A stretch of 64,000 nt of DNA from Dehalococcoidia bacterium. GTDB taxonomy: Bacteria; Chloroflexota; Dehalococcoidia; Lucifugimonadales; Australimonadaceae. A program made the translations under genes and the position numbers. The notes under the pieces were generated by a model. The model saw nothing but the letters and a program-made list of their open reading frames with translations. It was not told the DNA's origin and ran no database searches. Positions 34,022-43,430 of the stretch are shown in pieces. Each line of letters starts with the position of its first letter. Position 1 is the stretch's first letter. The stretch lies in contig CBDFHJ010000008.1 in the NCBI GenBank assembly GCA_965247635.1, positions 394,734-458,733 of the forward strand, written 5' to 3'.

Positions 34022-34525
34022 TTACTGAGGCGTCCCGTCCTTCCCGGCCTGACCAATGAAGTTTTCGATCTCGTCTTCCCCGTCGACGTGGTTCTTGAGT
34101 ATTTCAAGGACTTCGAAGTACGTGATCACGTCCTTGTCCTTTATCGCTTCGAGGAAGTCACTGTAGAAGCGAATCGCCATACGTTCCTGTTCGAGCGCAT
34201 ACCCCAAGAATGGCCCCATGTTGTTGGGGTCTGGCAATGTATAACTTTCAATGGGCGACACGTCCACAAAGCGGGTGGGATCGGCGGGGATAGCCCCTCC
34301 CAAGCGGGCAATGCGGTTTGCGAGCCTTGCTGCATTTCTCTCAGCGTCTTCAATCTTTTCAGTCAGGGGCGGCTTCAGGAAAATCTCCGCCTGCCCTCCC
34401 AACCGATTGATGGCCGCCTTGGCGAATTCGGCAGTCAGTTCTTCGTATGCGTAAAAGCTTTCAAGCTTACCGCTCACTTCTTTGGGAGGTATCCCTTTAA
34501 TCAAAGAGTTTCCAACAGTGCCCAT
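34022..34525 (-). CDS. Ferritin-like superfamily protein
   Basis: 167 aa. Helical, with EDAERNAARLANRI and ALEQERMAIRFYSDFL patterns typical of ferritin-like four-helix bundles. The family assignment is tentative. Confidence 0.5.
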   Translation of the reverse strand: MGTVGNSLIKGIPPKEVSGKLESFYAYEELTAEFAKAAINRLGGQAEIFLKPPLTEKIEDAERNAARLANRIARLGGAIPADPTRFVDVSPIESYTLPDPNNMGPFLGYALEQERMAIRFYSDFLEAIKDKDVITYFEVLEILKNHVDGEDEIENFIGQAGKDGTPQ

Positions 34526-34842
34526 GAAAGGTCCTCCTAGAGTATGGCTTAGAGATTAGTTTGCGGGTCGTTTTCTGTATACCATCCCTTAAGCCCAGCA
34601 ACAAGAGCCGTTCCATATCGCACGGAGATCAAGTGGTTCAGCGTATCAAGGAACTAACGGCAGCAAACAAATGCGTGGGGTATTCTGTAGGCCGGGATCG
34701 GACACTAGCACCCGATCAAAGTCCTTGCAACTGTCAACGGACTCCATTTTTGGAACGTTAAGGGACTGATAAGGCCCTCGTAAGGTCTCGCTAAGGGACC
34801 TCGAATACAGTGGGCCCAGCACCTGACGGAGGAGGCCCGTTG

Positions 34843-35006
34843 ATGAAAAACCGAAACCTGCTGACCGCGATAGCGTCGTTGCTCCTGGTATCCATCGCGC
34901 TCGCTGGCTGCGCCGGGGGCGTTTCGCAGGATGAACACGACGCGTTACAGGCCGAGCTAACGGACCTGCAAGGCGACTACGCTGCGTCGCAAGCTGGCGT
35001 GACGGC
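34843..35006 (+). pseudogene. 5' portion of the PPC-repeat lipoprotein gene, separated from its 3' part by IS256 insertion plus inversion
   Basis: GGAGGAGG RBS, then MKNRNLLTAIASLLLVSIALAGCAGGVSQDEHDALQAELTDLQGDYAASQAGVTA. It runs into the IS256 copy B end at 35007. Confidence 0.8.
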
Positions 35007-36374
35007 GAGGTATCTTCAAAAAGTGTGTAACCAGTCAGGCGGTGTACCCTCTCTCTGAACAACACGGGCTCGAGGCCCAAGAGAGGAGATAGACCGCCCA
35101 TGAGGAAGGAAAGCACTGAGAGTAGGTCGGAGTCAAGGCCGGAGTGGGAGCAGTTGGAGGATTGGGTGCGAAGCCAGGTCCAGAGGCTGATCCAGGAGTT
35201 GCTGGAGGAGGAGGTGACGGCGTTTCTGGGAAGGGCGAAGTCGGCGCTCAGATCCGACTCGGACAACGATACCGGCTATCGGAACGGATACGGCAGAGCC
35301 CGGAGGCTTACGCTGAGTTCGGGAACGATACAGCTGAGGCGGCCGCGAGTCCGCGATACCGAGGAGCAGTTCGAGAGCCGGCTGCTGCCGCTGTTCGTCA
35401 ACAGGACCAGGAAGGTTGCTGAGTTGATCCCCGAGCTGTACCTGCACGGTCTATCCGAAGGCGACTTCGATCTGGCTTTGCGGGGGCTGCTGGGAGAGGA
35501 CGCACCGGTATCGGCGAGCACGGTGGCCCGGTTGAAGTCCAAGTGGAACGATGAGCTTGCCCAATGGCGCAGCCGGCCCCTAGATGACCTGGAAGTGGTC
35601 TACATGTGGGTGGATGGAGTCTACGTCAAGGCTGGTCTTGAGAAGGAGAAGGCGGCAGTACTGGTGGTGGTGGCGGCCCTGAGCGACGGGAGCAAGGTGG
35701 TGGTGAGCGCTGTTCCCGGATACAGGGAGTCCACAGAGAACTGGTCCGATGTGCTCGGGGGCATGAGGCGCCGCGGGCTGGAGTGCTCGAGGCTGGTGGT
35801 TGGGGACGGACACCTGGGCATCTGGGGAGCTCTGCGCAACGTCTATCCGCAGGCGGCAGAGCAACGCTGCTGGAACCACAAGATCGTAAACGTGCTCGCC
35901 AAGCTTCCAAAGCGACAACAGGACCAGGCCAAGCTCATGCTGCGTACTATCCCCTACGCGCCGACTCGGACAGAGGCTGAGCGGCTCAGGACGGTGTTCA
36001 CCAGGTGGTGCGGCGACCATTCCTACGAGGCGGCCTCAGAGGCCTTGGAGCGGGACTGGGACCGCATGGTCACCTTCTATGACTTCCCAAAGGAGCACTG
36101 GGGGCACCTTCGCACGACGAACCCGGTAGAATCACCCTTCGCGGCCCTCAGGCTTCGGACCGATGCCGCCAAGCGCTACAAGAGGGTCGATCGGGCGATA
36201 GCGGTGATCTGGAAAATGTTGATGGTCGCCGAACAGCGCTTCAGGCGTCTGAAGGCCCCTGAGTTGATCGAAGACGTCTACCTCGGTGCACAGTATGCGG
36301 ATGGAATCGCCATTGAATCAACGGCTGAGAAGGTCGCTGCCTGATGTCGTTTACACACCTATTGACGTAACCTC
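35007..36374 (+). mobile_element. IS256-family insertion sequence, copy B (1368 bp)
   Basis: Reverse complement of copy A, with a few substitutions. Confidence 0.9.
35100..36344 (+). CDS. IS256-family (Mutator-type) transposase
   Basis: 414 aa. Retains QRCWNHK. Confidence 0.9.
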   Translation: MRKESTESRSESRPEWEQLEDWVRSQVQRLIQELLEEEVTAFLGRAKSALRSDSDNDTGYRNGYGRARRLTLSSGTIQLRRPRVRDTEEQFESRLLPLFVNRTRKVAELIPELYLHGLSEGDFDLALRGLLGEDAPVSASTVARLKSKWNDELAQWRSRPLDDLEVVYMWVDGVYVKAGLEKEKAAVLVVVAALSDGSKVVVSAVPGYRESTENWSDVLGGMRRRGLECSRLVVGDGHLGIWGALRNVYPQAAEQRCWNHKIVNVLAKLPKRQQDQAKLMLRTIPYAPTRTEAERLRTVFTRWCGDHSYEAASEALERDWDRMVTFYDFPKEHWGHLRTTNPVESPFAALRLRTDAAKRYKRVDRAIAVIWKMLMVAEQRFRRLKAPELIEDVYLGAQYADGIAIESTAEKVAA

Positions 36375-36536
36375 GAGTGACAGCGATAGAACTCCAGGGC
36401 CAGTCGCTGCGACTACCCTACCCCATGTAGTATCATGGAGTTGCAATGCCCCGGCATTTTGTCTGAATCTGCCCAGTTCACCTCTTGACATACCAGGAAG
36501 CGGCGCGCAGAATACCCCCCACCTTCTGAAGCTAGC

Positions 36537-36581
36537 CCACCATATTGTGGTCGGCGCACCTTAAAATACTATATATTGGCA
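36537..36581 (+). promoter_or_regulatory. Putative tandem NrdR boxes upstream of nrdR-nrdJ
   Basis: CCACCATATTGTGG (36537..36550) and ATACTATATATTGG (36567..36580), centres ~30 bp apart. The second fits the core CwAtATaTwG of the NrdR box consensus. A TTGACA-N17-CAGAAT promoter candidate is at 36485..36513. Confidence 0.4.
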
Positions 36582-36721
36582 TCTCACCCGGTGAAACTCG
36601 CCGGGTCTGGTGCCGCGATAGCCGGTGGCTTGCGGTGTGTCCTTCCCTACCGCAGGCTACCGCTCGATCCCATCACGCCAGGCCCACAGCGCCGGGTAGC
36701 TCAACGGGAGGCAGAGAGTCC

Positions 36722-37318
36722 ATGCGCTGTCCCTACTGCGGCGGCACCGACTCCCGGGTAACCGACTCCCGGGACGCAGGCGAGGGTATCCGCCGCCGCC
36801 GGGAGTGCCTGAGTTGCGGGGTCCGGTTCACCACCTACGAGCGCATCCAGAGCACAGCGCTGGTGGTGGCCAAGCGCGACGGCCGCCGGGAGGAGTTCGA
36901 CCGCGACAAGCTGAGTCGAAGCATCCGGCTAGCGTGCGTGAAACGCCCGCTCCCCACCGGTACGCTGGAGAAGGCGGTGGACGAGATCGAGGCCAGCCTG
37001 CAACGGCTGGGCCGAGCGGAGGTGCCGACGGCGATCATCGGCGAGCTGACCATCGCCAAGCTGCGAGAGCTGGACCGGGTAGCCTACATCCGCTACGCCA
37101 GCGTCTACCGCGACTTCGACGACGTAGCGGAGTTCGAACGCGAGATCGCAGCGCTCCAGGAGGCCATGCAGGAGGCGCCGAGAGCGTCGACGGAGGGCCA
37201 GCTACCCTTGATTCCTGACCAGCCGACGGTGCCGCCAAGGCCCCGAGCGCGCCGGGGACGAAGGCCCCGCATCAGCGCGCCAAGGGAGCAGCGAGGGGCG
37301 GCAGAACCAGAAGGGTGA
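36722..37318 (+). CDS. nrdR: Transcriptional repressor NrdR (with C-terminal extension)
   Basis: MRCPYCGGTDSRVTDSRDAGEGIRRRRECLSCGVRFTTYE zinc ribbon plus ATP-cone. Start at internal ATG 36722. About 45 extra Pro/Arg-rich residues at the C-terminus. Confidence 0.9.
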   Translation: MRCPYCGGTDSRVTDSRDAGEGIRRRRECLSCGVRFTTYERIQSTALVVAKRDGRREEFDRDKLSRSIRLACVKRPLPTGTLEKAVDEIEASLQRLGRAEVPTAIIGELTIAKLRELDRVAYIRYASVYRDFDDVAEFEREIAALQEAMQEAPRASTEGQLPLIPDQPTVPPRPRARRGRRPRISAPREQRGAAEPEG

Positions 37319-37451
37319 GACAAGCGGTTGTTGACGGAAACGCCGATAGAAAGTAAATGGACACTACTTGAAGCAAAGGACTCGTAGCGCTACCTGAGAC
37401 TAGAAGTTTGCATGCACCCGCGCGGTGCGACTTTACGCAGGAGACCCACCC

Positions 37452-39728
37452 ATGGTCACGACACCACAGCTGACTGAAAACGCGATCACCATCCTCCAGA
37501 CGCGGTACCTGCTGAAGGGCGAGACGCCCCAGGACCTGTTCTGGCGGGTGGCGCGCGCCGTCGCCGAGCCGGAGGGCTCGGCGACGGCGGCGTGGGCCCA
37601 GCGCTTCTACGACCTGATGGCCGAGTGCGTGTTCATGCCCAACTCCCCTACCCTGTTCAACGCCGGCACCGGCGCTGGCACCCTGTCCGCGTGCTTCGTG
37701 ATCCCGGTCGAGGACACCATGGACTCCATCATGCACGCGGCCACCGTCTCCGCCATGATCCAGAAGTACGGCGGGGGCCTCGGTTACTCCTTCGGCCGGC
37801 TGCGCAGCAGGGGCTCCGGCATATCCACCACCCAGGGCAAGGCGTGCGGCGCGGTGGCCGTGCTCAAGATGCTCTCCAGCCTCTCGGACATGATCACCCA
37901 GGGTGGCAAGCGTCACGGCGCCAACATGGGCATCCTGCCGGTGTCCCACCCGGAGGTCCACGACTTCATCCACATGAAGGACGACTACGTGACCGCCCAG
38001 AACTTCAACGTCTCGGTGGCGGTGACCGACGACTTCATGCGGGCGGTGGAGCGCGACGAGGAGTGGCAGCTGGTGGACCCCGCCTCGCACGAGGTGATGG
38101 AGACCGTCTCCGCGCGGGGGCTCTGGAAAGAGATCGTCGACAGCGCCTGGCGCACTGGCGACCCGGGCCTCTACTTCATCGACGAGGCCAACCGGAACAA
38201 TCCGACGCCGCACCTGGGGATGCTGGAAAGCACCAACCCGTGCGGCGAGGTGCCCCTGCTGGCATACGAGGCGTGCAACCTGGGCTCCATCCACCTGGCC
38301 AAGTTCGTCATACCCGCCAGCGAGTCGCAGGCCGCGAGCTTCGGCTTCGACGCGCTGCGGGAGGTGGTGCGCACCTGCGCCCGCTTCCTGGACAACGTAG
38401 TGACGGTGAACACCTTCCCGGCCCAAGAGGTGTACGACGCGGTCCAGGCCACCCGTAAGACGGGGCTCGGGGTGATGGGGTGGCACGACGCGCTAATCCT
38501 CATGGGCATTCCGTACGAGGACAGCGAAGCGCTGAAGCTGGCCGACCAGGTGATGGGCGCCATCAACGACACGGCCCGAGAGGTGTCCGTGGAGCTGGCC
38601 AAGGAGCGCGGCGCTTACCCAGGGTTCAAGGCTTCCATCAAGGGCAGCGAGCCCATCCGCAACGCCACCCGAACGTGCATCGCGCCCACGGGCAGCATCT
38701 CGGCCATCGCCGGCGCCTCGTCGGGCATCGAGCCGGTCTTCGCCCTGGCCTTCGTCAAGAACGTGCTGGACGGCAAGCAGCTCAGGGAGGTCAACCCCCA
38801 CCTGGAGGACGTGGCCAAACAGCGGGGCTTCTGGAGCGAGGAGCTGATGGACGAGGTGGTCCGGACCGGCTCCGTCCAGGGCATCGACACGGTGCCGGCC
38901 GACGTGAAGCGGCTCTTCGCCACGGCCATGGAGGTCCCCTACGAGGCCCACGTGCGGATGCAGTCGGTCTTCCAGTCCCACACCGACCTGGCCGTGTCGA
39001 AGACCATCAACATGGTCAGCGACGCCACCCGGGAGGACGTGGAGAACGCCTACCTGATGGCGTACGGGACCAACTGCACGGGCATCACCATCTACCGGGA
39101 CGGCAGCAAGCCCACCCAGGTGCTGGAGGTGCCGGGCAGCAAGGAACGGGAGCAGCAGGCGGAGCCCACGGTCCGGGTGCCCCGGGAGCGGCCCAAGTCC
39201 ATCCGGGGCGTGACCGAGCGGGTCCGGACCGCCCACGGCAACGCCTTCGTGACCATCAACTTCGACGACGAGGGGCATCCCTTCGAGCTATTCACCCAGA
39301 TCGGCAAGGCGGGAAGCACCGATGCTGCGTACCTGGAGGCCATCTCACGCCTGGTCTCTCAAGCCCTGCGCTCCGGCATACCGGCGGTGGAGGTGGTCGA
39401 CCAGCTACGGGGTATCACCAGCGAACCGGCGTGGGACGAAGGCAAGCTGATTCTATCGGCGCCCGACGCGGTAGCCCAGGTGATGATTCGACACGCCCTG
39501 GGCGGCAGCGAGACAGAGGAGCGGTTGAAAGCGGCCTACGCTGTTCAGCCGGGGCTGACCCCGGCGGGCCAGGAGCAGTCCAAGTCCGCCAACGGCCACA
39601 ACGGCAACGGCGTGCAGGTGCCACAGCTTCTCATGGGCCTACAGCGGTGCCCGGACTGCAACGGGCCGGTGCTGATGCAGGAGGGGTGCATCGCGTGCCC
39701 GTCCTGCGGATGGAACAAGTGCGGGTAG
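37452..39728 (+). CDS. nrdJ: Adenosylcobalamin-dependent (class II) ribonucleotide reductase
   Basis: 758 aa from ATG 37452, with AGGAG upstream. STNPCGE active-site loop and C-terminal CPDC...CPSCG zinc-ribbon tail. Confidence 0.9.
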   Translation: MVTTPQLTENAITILQTRYLLKGETPQDLFWRVARAVAEPEGSATAAWAQRFYDLMAECVFMPNSPTLFNAGTGAGTLSACFVIPVEDTMDSIMHAATVSAMIQKYGGGLGYSFGRLRSRGSGISTTQGKACGAVAVLKMLSSLSDMITQGGKRHGANMGILPVSHPEVHDFIHMKDDYVTAQNFNVSVAVTDDFMRAVERDEEWQLVDPASHEVMETVSARGLWKEIVDSAWRTGDPGLYFIDEANRNNPTPHLGMLESTNPCGEVPLLAYEACNLGSIHLAKFVIPASESQAASFGFDALREVVRTCARFLDNVVTVNTFPAQEVYDAVQATRKTGLGVMGWHDALILMGIPYEDSEALKLADQVMGAINDTAREVSVELAKERGAYPGFKASIKGSEPIRNATRTCIAPTGSISAIAGASSGIEPVFALAFVKNVLDGKQLREVNPHLEDVAKQRGFWSEELMDEVVRTGSVQGIDTVPADVKRLFATAMEVPYEAHVRMQSVFQSHTDLAVSKTINMVSDATREDVENAYLMAYGTNCTGITIYRDGSKPTQVLEVPGSKEREQQAEPTVRVPRERPKSIRGVTERVRTAHGNAFVTINFDDEGHPFELFTQIGKAGSTDAAYLEAISRLVSQALRSGIPAVEVVDQLRGITSEPAWDEGKLILSAPDAVAQVMIRHALGGSETEERLKAAYAVQPGLTPAGQEQSKSANGHNGNGVQVPQLLMGLQRCPDCNGPVLMQEGCIACPSCGWNKCG

Positions 39729-39752
39729 GACGTAGACCTTAGCTGCTAGGAG

Positions 39753-40199
39753 GTGAGCATGCTACAGGCCCGGTCCCACTGGCTACTGGACGTCGGACTC
39801 CCGAGGGTACCCCATGGCGTGCTGGACGCCGTTCACGCGGCGGACATGCCACGATTGCCAGGGCACGTGGGCCTGCGTGAGTCCATCGCCCTGGGCCGGA
39901 CACTGGTCACGGGTAACCAGGAGTTCCTCGGCCCCTGGAGCGTAGCGCTAGCGCATCCGGGCGTCGTGGTGTTCGAAGACGCGCCGGGCGACTGGGCCGA
40001 GGTGGCCCGGAGCCTGTTGCACCTGGAGTTTCGCGTGCAACAGCTCGGGCACGAGAGCCCGCTGGCAGAGAACCGGTACGTACTCAGGTCCAACTGTGCC
40101 CTCTTCCTGGTCCAAGCCGACGGCATGGAACGGGACCTGGAAGCGTGGCGAACGGTGCGGGTGCAGAAAGTGCCGCAGCTGGCGGCCATGCCAACGTAA
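39753..40199 (+). CDS. Hypothetical protein (possibly DUF5615/PIN-like)
   Basis: 148 aa. The LLDVGLP...LVTGNQEF...HPGVVVFE pattern weakly resembles DUF5615. Low certainty. Confidence 0.35.
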   Translation: MSMLQARSHWLLDVGLPRVPHGVLDAVHAADMPRLPGHVGLRESIALGRTLVTGNQEFLGPWSVALAHPGVVVFEDAPGDWAEVARSLLHLEFRVQQLGHESPLAENRYVLRSNCALFLVQADGMERDLEAWRTVRVQKVPQLAAMPT

Positions 40200-40307
40200 A
40201 AACAATCTCCGCTTAGCGCGGAGACCCTGGGGGCACTACTTCCCTGTGTGCTCCCTCGCTTCCCTCCTCTGCGGCCCCTCTCGACGCGCCACGGGAGTGG
40301 GCCAACC

Positions 40308-40345
40308 GGGCCCCGTAGAATCTACGGGGCCCAAACCTTTTATTG
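40308..40345 (+). terminator. Strong hairpin GGGCCCCGTAG-AAT-CTACGGGGCCC followed by a T-rich tract
   Basis: 11-bp perfect stem, then AAACCTTTTATT. Confidence 0.6.
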
Positions 40346-40405
40346 AGGGTGGGGTAACGCGCCTCAGCCGCGTACCGGGAGGACGGGTGGGTAAACTAAC
40401 CGCAG

Positions 40406-42196
40406 CTAGCGGTCGAGCCACGCTCGATGGAGCGACAGCGTGGCGTCCCACATGGGCTCGACTCCCCGCACGTCGTCGCGCACGCCGAGCAGCACGGGCC
40501 GGAACACCGGGATGATGCGCGGGACTTCTTCCACCACCAAACACTGGAGCTTCCCGTAAACATCCTGCTGGCTCGACTCGTCCGTCACCCACAGTGCCTT
40601 GTCGAGCGCCGCGTCCGCCTCGGCGTTGTTCCAGAATGACTCGTTCCACACGGCGTCCGAACGGTACACCACGCTGAACGCTTCGTACGGTGGCTGGCCA
40701 CCCCACCAGGAGGTGTAGAACGGTTTCACCATCCACCCTTCGGACCAATACGTATCCTCACTCATCACCACGATCTCTATGTTGATGCCCGCGGGCGCGG
40801 CCCGCTCCTTCATCACCACGGCCATCTCAACCATGGCCGCCCCGGCGGGGGCGGTGTACAGCGTCAGGTCGATGCCATCCGGGTACCCCGCTTCCGCCAG
40901 CAGCGCTTTCGCCAGCTCAATATCGTACGCTGGAGGGTTGCAGCTCACTTCAAAGACCGGGTCGCCTGGCAAGACCGGGTGGTCGTAGGCGATACCGCCA
41001 AGCCCAAGCTGCGCGGTCTGGAGGATAGCCTCGCGGTCCGTCGCCGCCTGTATCGCCCTCCGGACCCGGACGTCATCGAAGGGCGCCTCCCTCATGTCCA
41101 TGGCCAGGTTCATGTAGCTCCCGCTGGGCGCCTGCAAGACCAGCGTCTGCGGATTGTTCTCGATGATAGGCACGCTGCCAATGGCCATATCGTGGATGAT
41201 GTCTATTCTACCCGTCAGCAGCAGCGCGGCCCGGACTAACGCGTCGGAGATGAAGACGAAGACCAACTCGTCCACGGAGGGATGGCCCTCCCACCAGTAG
41301 TCGGGGTTCTTGGTGAACGTCGCGGCCTCCCCTGCCACATACTCGGTCAGCCTAAAGGGCCCTGTCCCGTAAGTCTCCGTAGCAAACCGGCCCGGGTTCA
41401 AGTCCGACGGCGTGATGTAGGCGTGGTACTTGACGAGCGCCTCCAGCAGGACGCCGTTGGGTGAGTCGAACTCGAAGCGGACCGTGTAGTCGTCTACCGC
41501 GACGATGTCCGAGGGCCTGGCCATCACGCTGGCCAGGGGCGAACCCACCTCGAACAGCCGGTTGAACGTGTAGATCACGTCCTCCGCCTTGAACTCCTTG
41601 CCGTGGCTGAACTTCACGCCCTCCCGGAGTTTGAACGTCCACTGAGTGGCATCGTCGGTGGCCGACCAGGACTCCGCCAGCATCGGCTGGAGGGTCAGGT
41701 CAGGATTGCGCATCACCAGCGGGTCGTACGTGTGCTGGACGATGGCGATGTCCGGAAGGCTGCGCAATAGAGGTGGGTCGAACGTGACGTGGTCCGATAC
41801 CATGCCCACGCGCAGGGTGCCACCTCGTGGCGGTAGGCGCCGGGGTAGCGACCAGTACCGGTGCAAAGACGGCCCGTATCACCATGGAGCCATTCATCAC
41901 GATGGTCTCCTCCGCATGGGCGCCACCCAGGTCGCGCTCCCAGCGGGCAAATTCCCAGCCCGTGTCGTTGGACTTGGCGACGACGTTTACCAGCTTCCCT
42001 CCCGGAAATGGCACGGCAACGCCTGAGGTGATAATGGCGCCGTCAATTTCCACGTACCCTTTGTCGGGAGGGCTGATGAGGACGCTAAGCTCCAGGTTGT
42101 CTGGGACAGTGGGGGTATTCTCACCCCTACGTCGCAGGCAACGGAGGCGAGGAGCAGTACCAGCAGAGAAGCTACCCATTTCATCATGCGGTCCAT
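40406..42196 (-). pseudogene. ABC-transporter substrate-binding protein (family 5, peptide/nickel type) with an N-terminal signal peptide and B-repeat-like domain, split over three reading frames
   Basis: 42196.. encodes MDRMMKWVASLLVLLLASVAC (frame 1). ~42125..41830 encodes ENTPTVPDNLELSVLISPPDKGYVEIDG...WEFARWERDL...VIRAVF (frame 2). 41866..40406 encodes the SBP_bac_5-like body starting GGTLRVGMV (frame 1). The intact ORF 40406..41866 alone lacks a signal peptide. Confidence 0.55.
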
Positions 42197-42419
42197 CGGC
42201 TGCCCCTTCCGTCAGGTGATGGACACACCTTAAGGAAGGTTCCTTAGCGCTGCTTTAGCGAAACCTTACCGGTTCCTTAATCATTCTGCCCGCTACTTCA
42301 CGCGTTCATAAACTGGGGTGTTCCCCACGGTCCACGCCGAGGGAGCGCCCGCGTCCTTTTTAGGGGTAATCCCCCTGGGCCCGGGGCCGTAGCTGCTATA
42401 CTACCCGGCGAGGTGACTC

Positions 42420-43430
42420 ATGGCCGAGCTCCCTATCATCGCCATCACGCTGGGCGACCCGTGCGGCATCGGCCCAGAGGTGGTGGCCAAGGCCCTGACC
42501 ACGCCAACGGTGAGCCAGGTGTGCCGGCCGCTGGTCGTCGGCAGCCCGGCGGTGCTCGACCGCGCCTTCGCGCTCATTGACTCCGCTTTGCAGGCCAAGG
42601 AAGTGGCGTCGGCGGGCGAGGCCGGACTGGACGGCGCGGTAGCGGTGCTGGACCAGGGCCCACCCGTGCGTTTGGAGGAGCTGGAGCCGGGCACTCTGTC
42701 CGCCGAGGCGGGTAAGGCTAGTGTCGAGTGGGTGCTAACTGCCGGGCGCTTGGCCATTGACAAACAAGTGGACGCCATGGCCACCGCCCCCATCAACAAG
42801 TCGGCCGCCGACCTGGCGGGCTATCACGACATAGGGCACATGGAGCTTCTCCAGCGTCTTGCGGAGGCGCCCCAGGTGGTGACCATGCTCATGACCTCCG
42901 GGTTGCGGGTGGTCCACCTGACCACTCACCGCTCGTTGCGGGCCGCCTGCGACTACGTCACCAAGGAGAACGTGCTGGCCGTGCTTCGGCTGACCCACGA
43001 TTTCTTCGCCGGCATGGGCACACCCCAGGTCCGCGTCGGCGTGGCGGCCCTGAACCCTCACGGCGGCGAGAGTGGCCTGCTGGGGAGCGAGGAGCTGGAG
43101 GCTATCGGACCGGCGGTTGAGGCCGCGGTGGCCGAAGGGATCAACGCCATCGGCCCAGTACCCGCGGATTCCGTATTCCATCAGGCGATAGACGGCAGGT
43201 ACGACGTGGTGCTGGCCATGTACCACGACCAGGGCCACATCGCCATCAAAGTCCACGGCTGGGCCCAGAGCATCACCATGAACCTGGGGCTGCCGTTCAT
43301 TCGCACTTCGGTGGACCACGGCACCGCCTTCGACATCGCCGGCAAGGGAATCGCCGACGCCACGGGCATGGTGACAGCCATCCGCGCGGCCGCCGACTTA
43401 GCGGGCGGCAACGGCCTCACGGCCCTATAG
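42420..43430 (+). CDS. pdxA: 4-hydroxythreonine-4-phosphate dehydrogenase family (PdxA)
   Basis: 336 aa. IAITLGDPCGIGPEV, ALNPHGGE, YHDQGHI. Confidence 0.85.
   Translation: MAELPIIAITLGDPCGIGPEVVAKALTTPTVSQVCRPLVVGSPAVLDRAFALIDSALQAKEVASAGEAGLDGAVAVLDQGPPVRLEELEPGTLSAEAGKASVEWVLTAGRLAIDKQVDAMATAPINKSAADLAGYHDIGHMELLQRLAEAPQVVTMLMTSGLRVVHLTTHRSLRAACDYVTKENVLAVLRLTHDFFAGMGTPQVRVGVAALNPHGGESGLLGSEELEAIGPAVEAAVAEGINAIGPVPADSVFHQAIDGRYDVVLAMYHDQGHIAIKVHGWAQSITMNLGLPFIRTSVDHGTAFDIAGKGIADATGMVTAIRAAADLAGGNGLTAL

Noticed and set aside
26112-36374. IS256 pair interpreted as a composite transposon carrying the genes between them
   Set aside because: The target duplications are paired across the two copies in inverted orientation, and the outer and inner flanks are two halves of one gene. 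This fits an inversion of resident chromosomal DNA better than import of a composite element. The cargo is ordinary housekeeping-type genes plus a tRNA.
36582-36721. Possible cobalamin riboswitch in the ~140-nt leader of nrdR (contains GGTGAAA)
   Set aside because: I could not recognise a B12 box or the remaining conserved helices. A B12 'off' switch in front of a B12-dependent RNR is also biologically unexpected. It would need an Rfam/Infernal scan to revisit.
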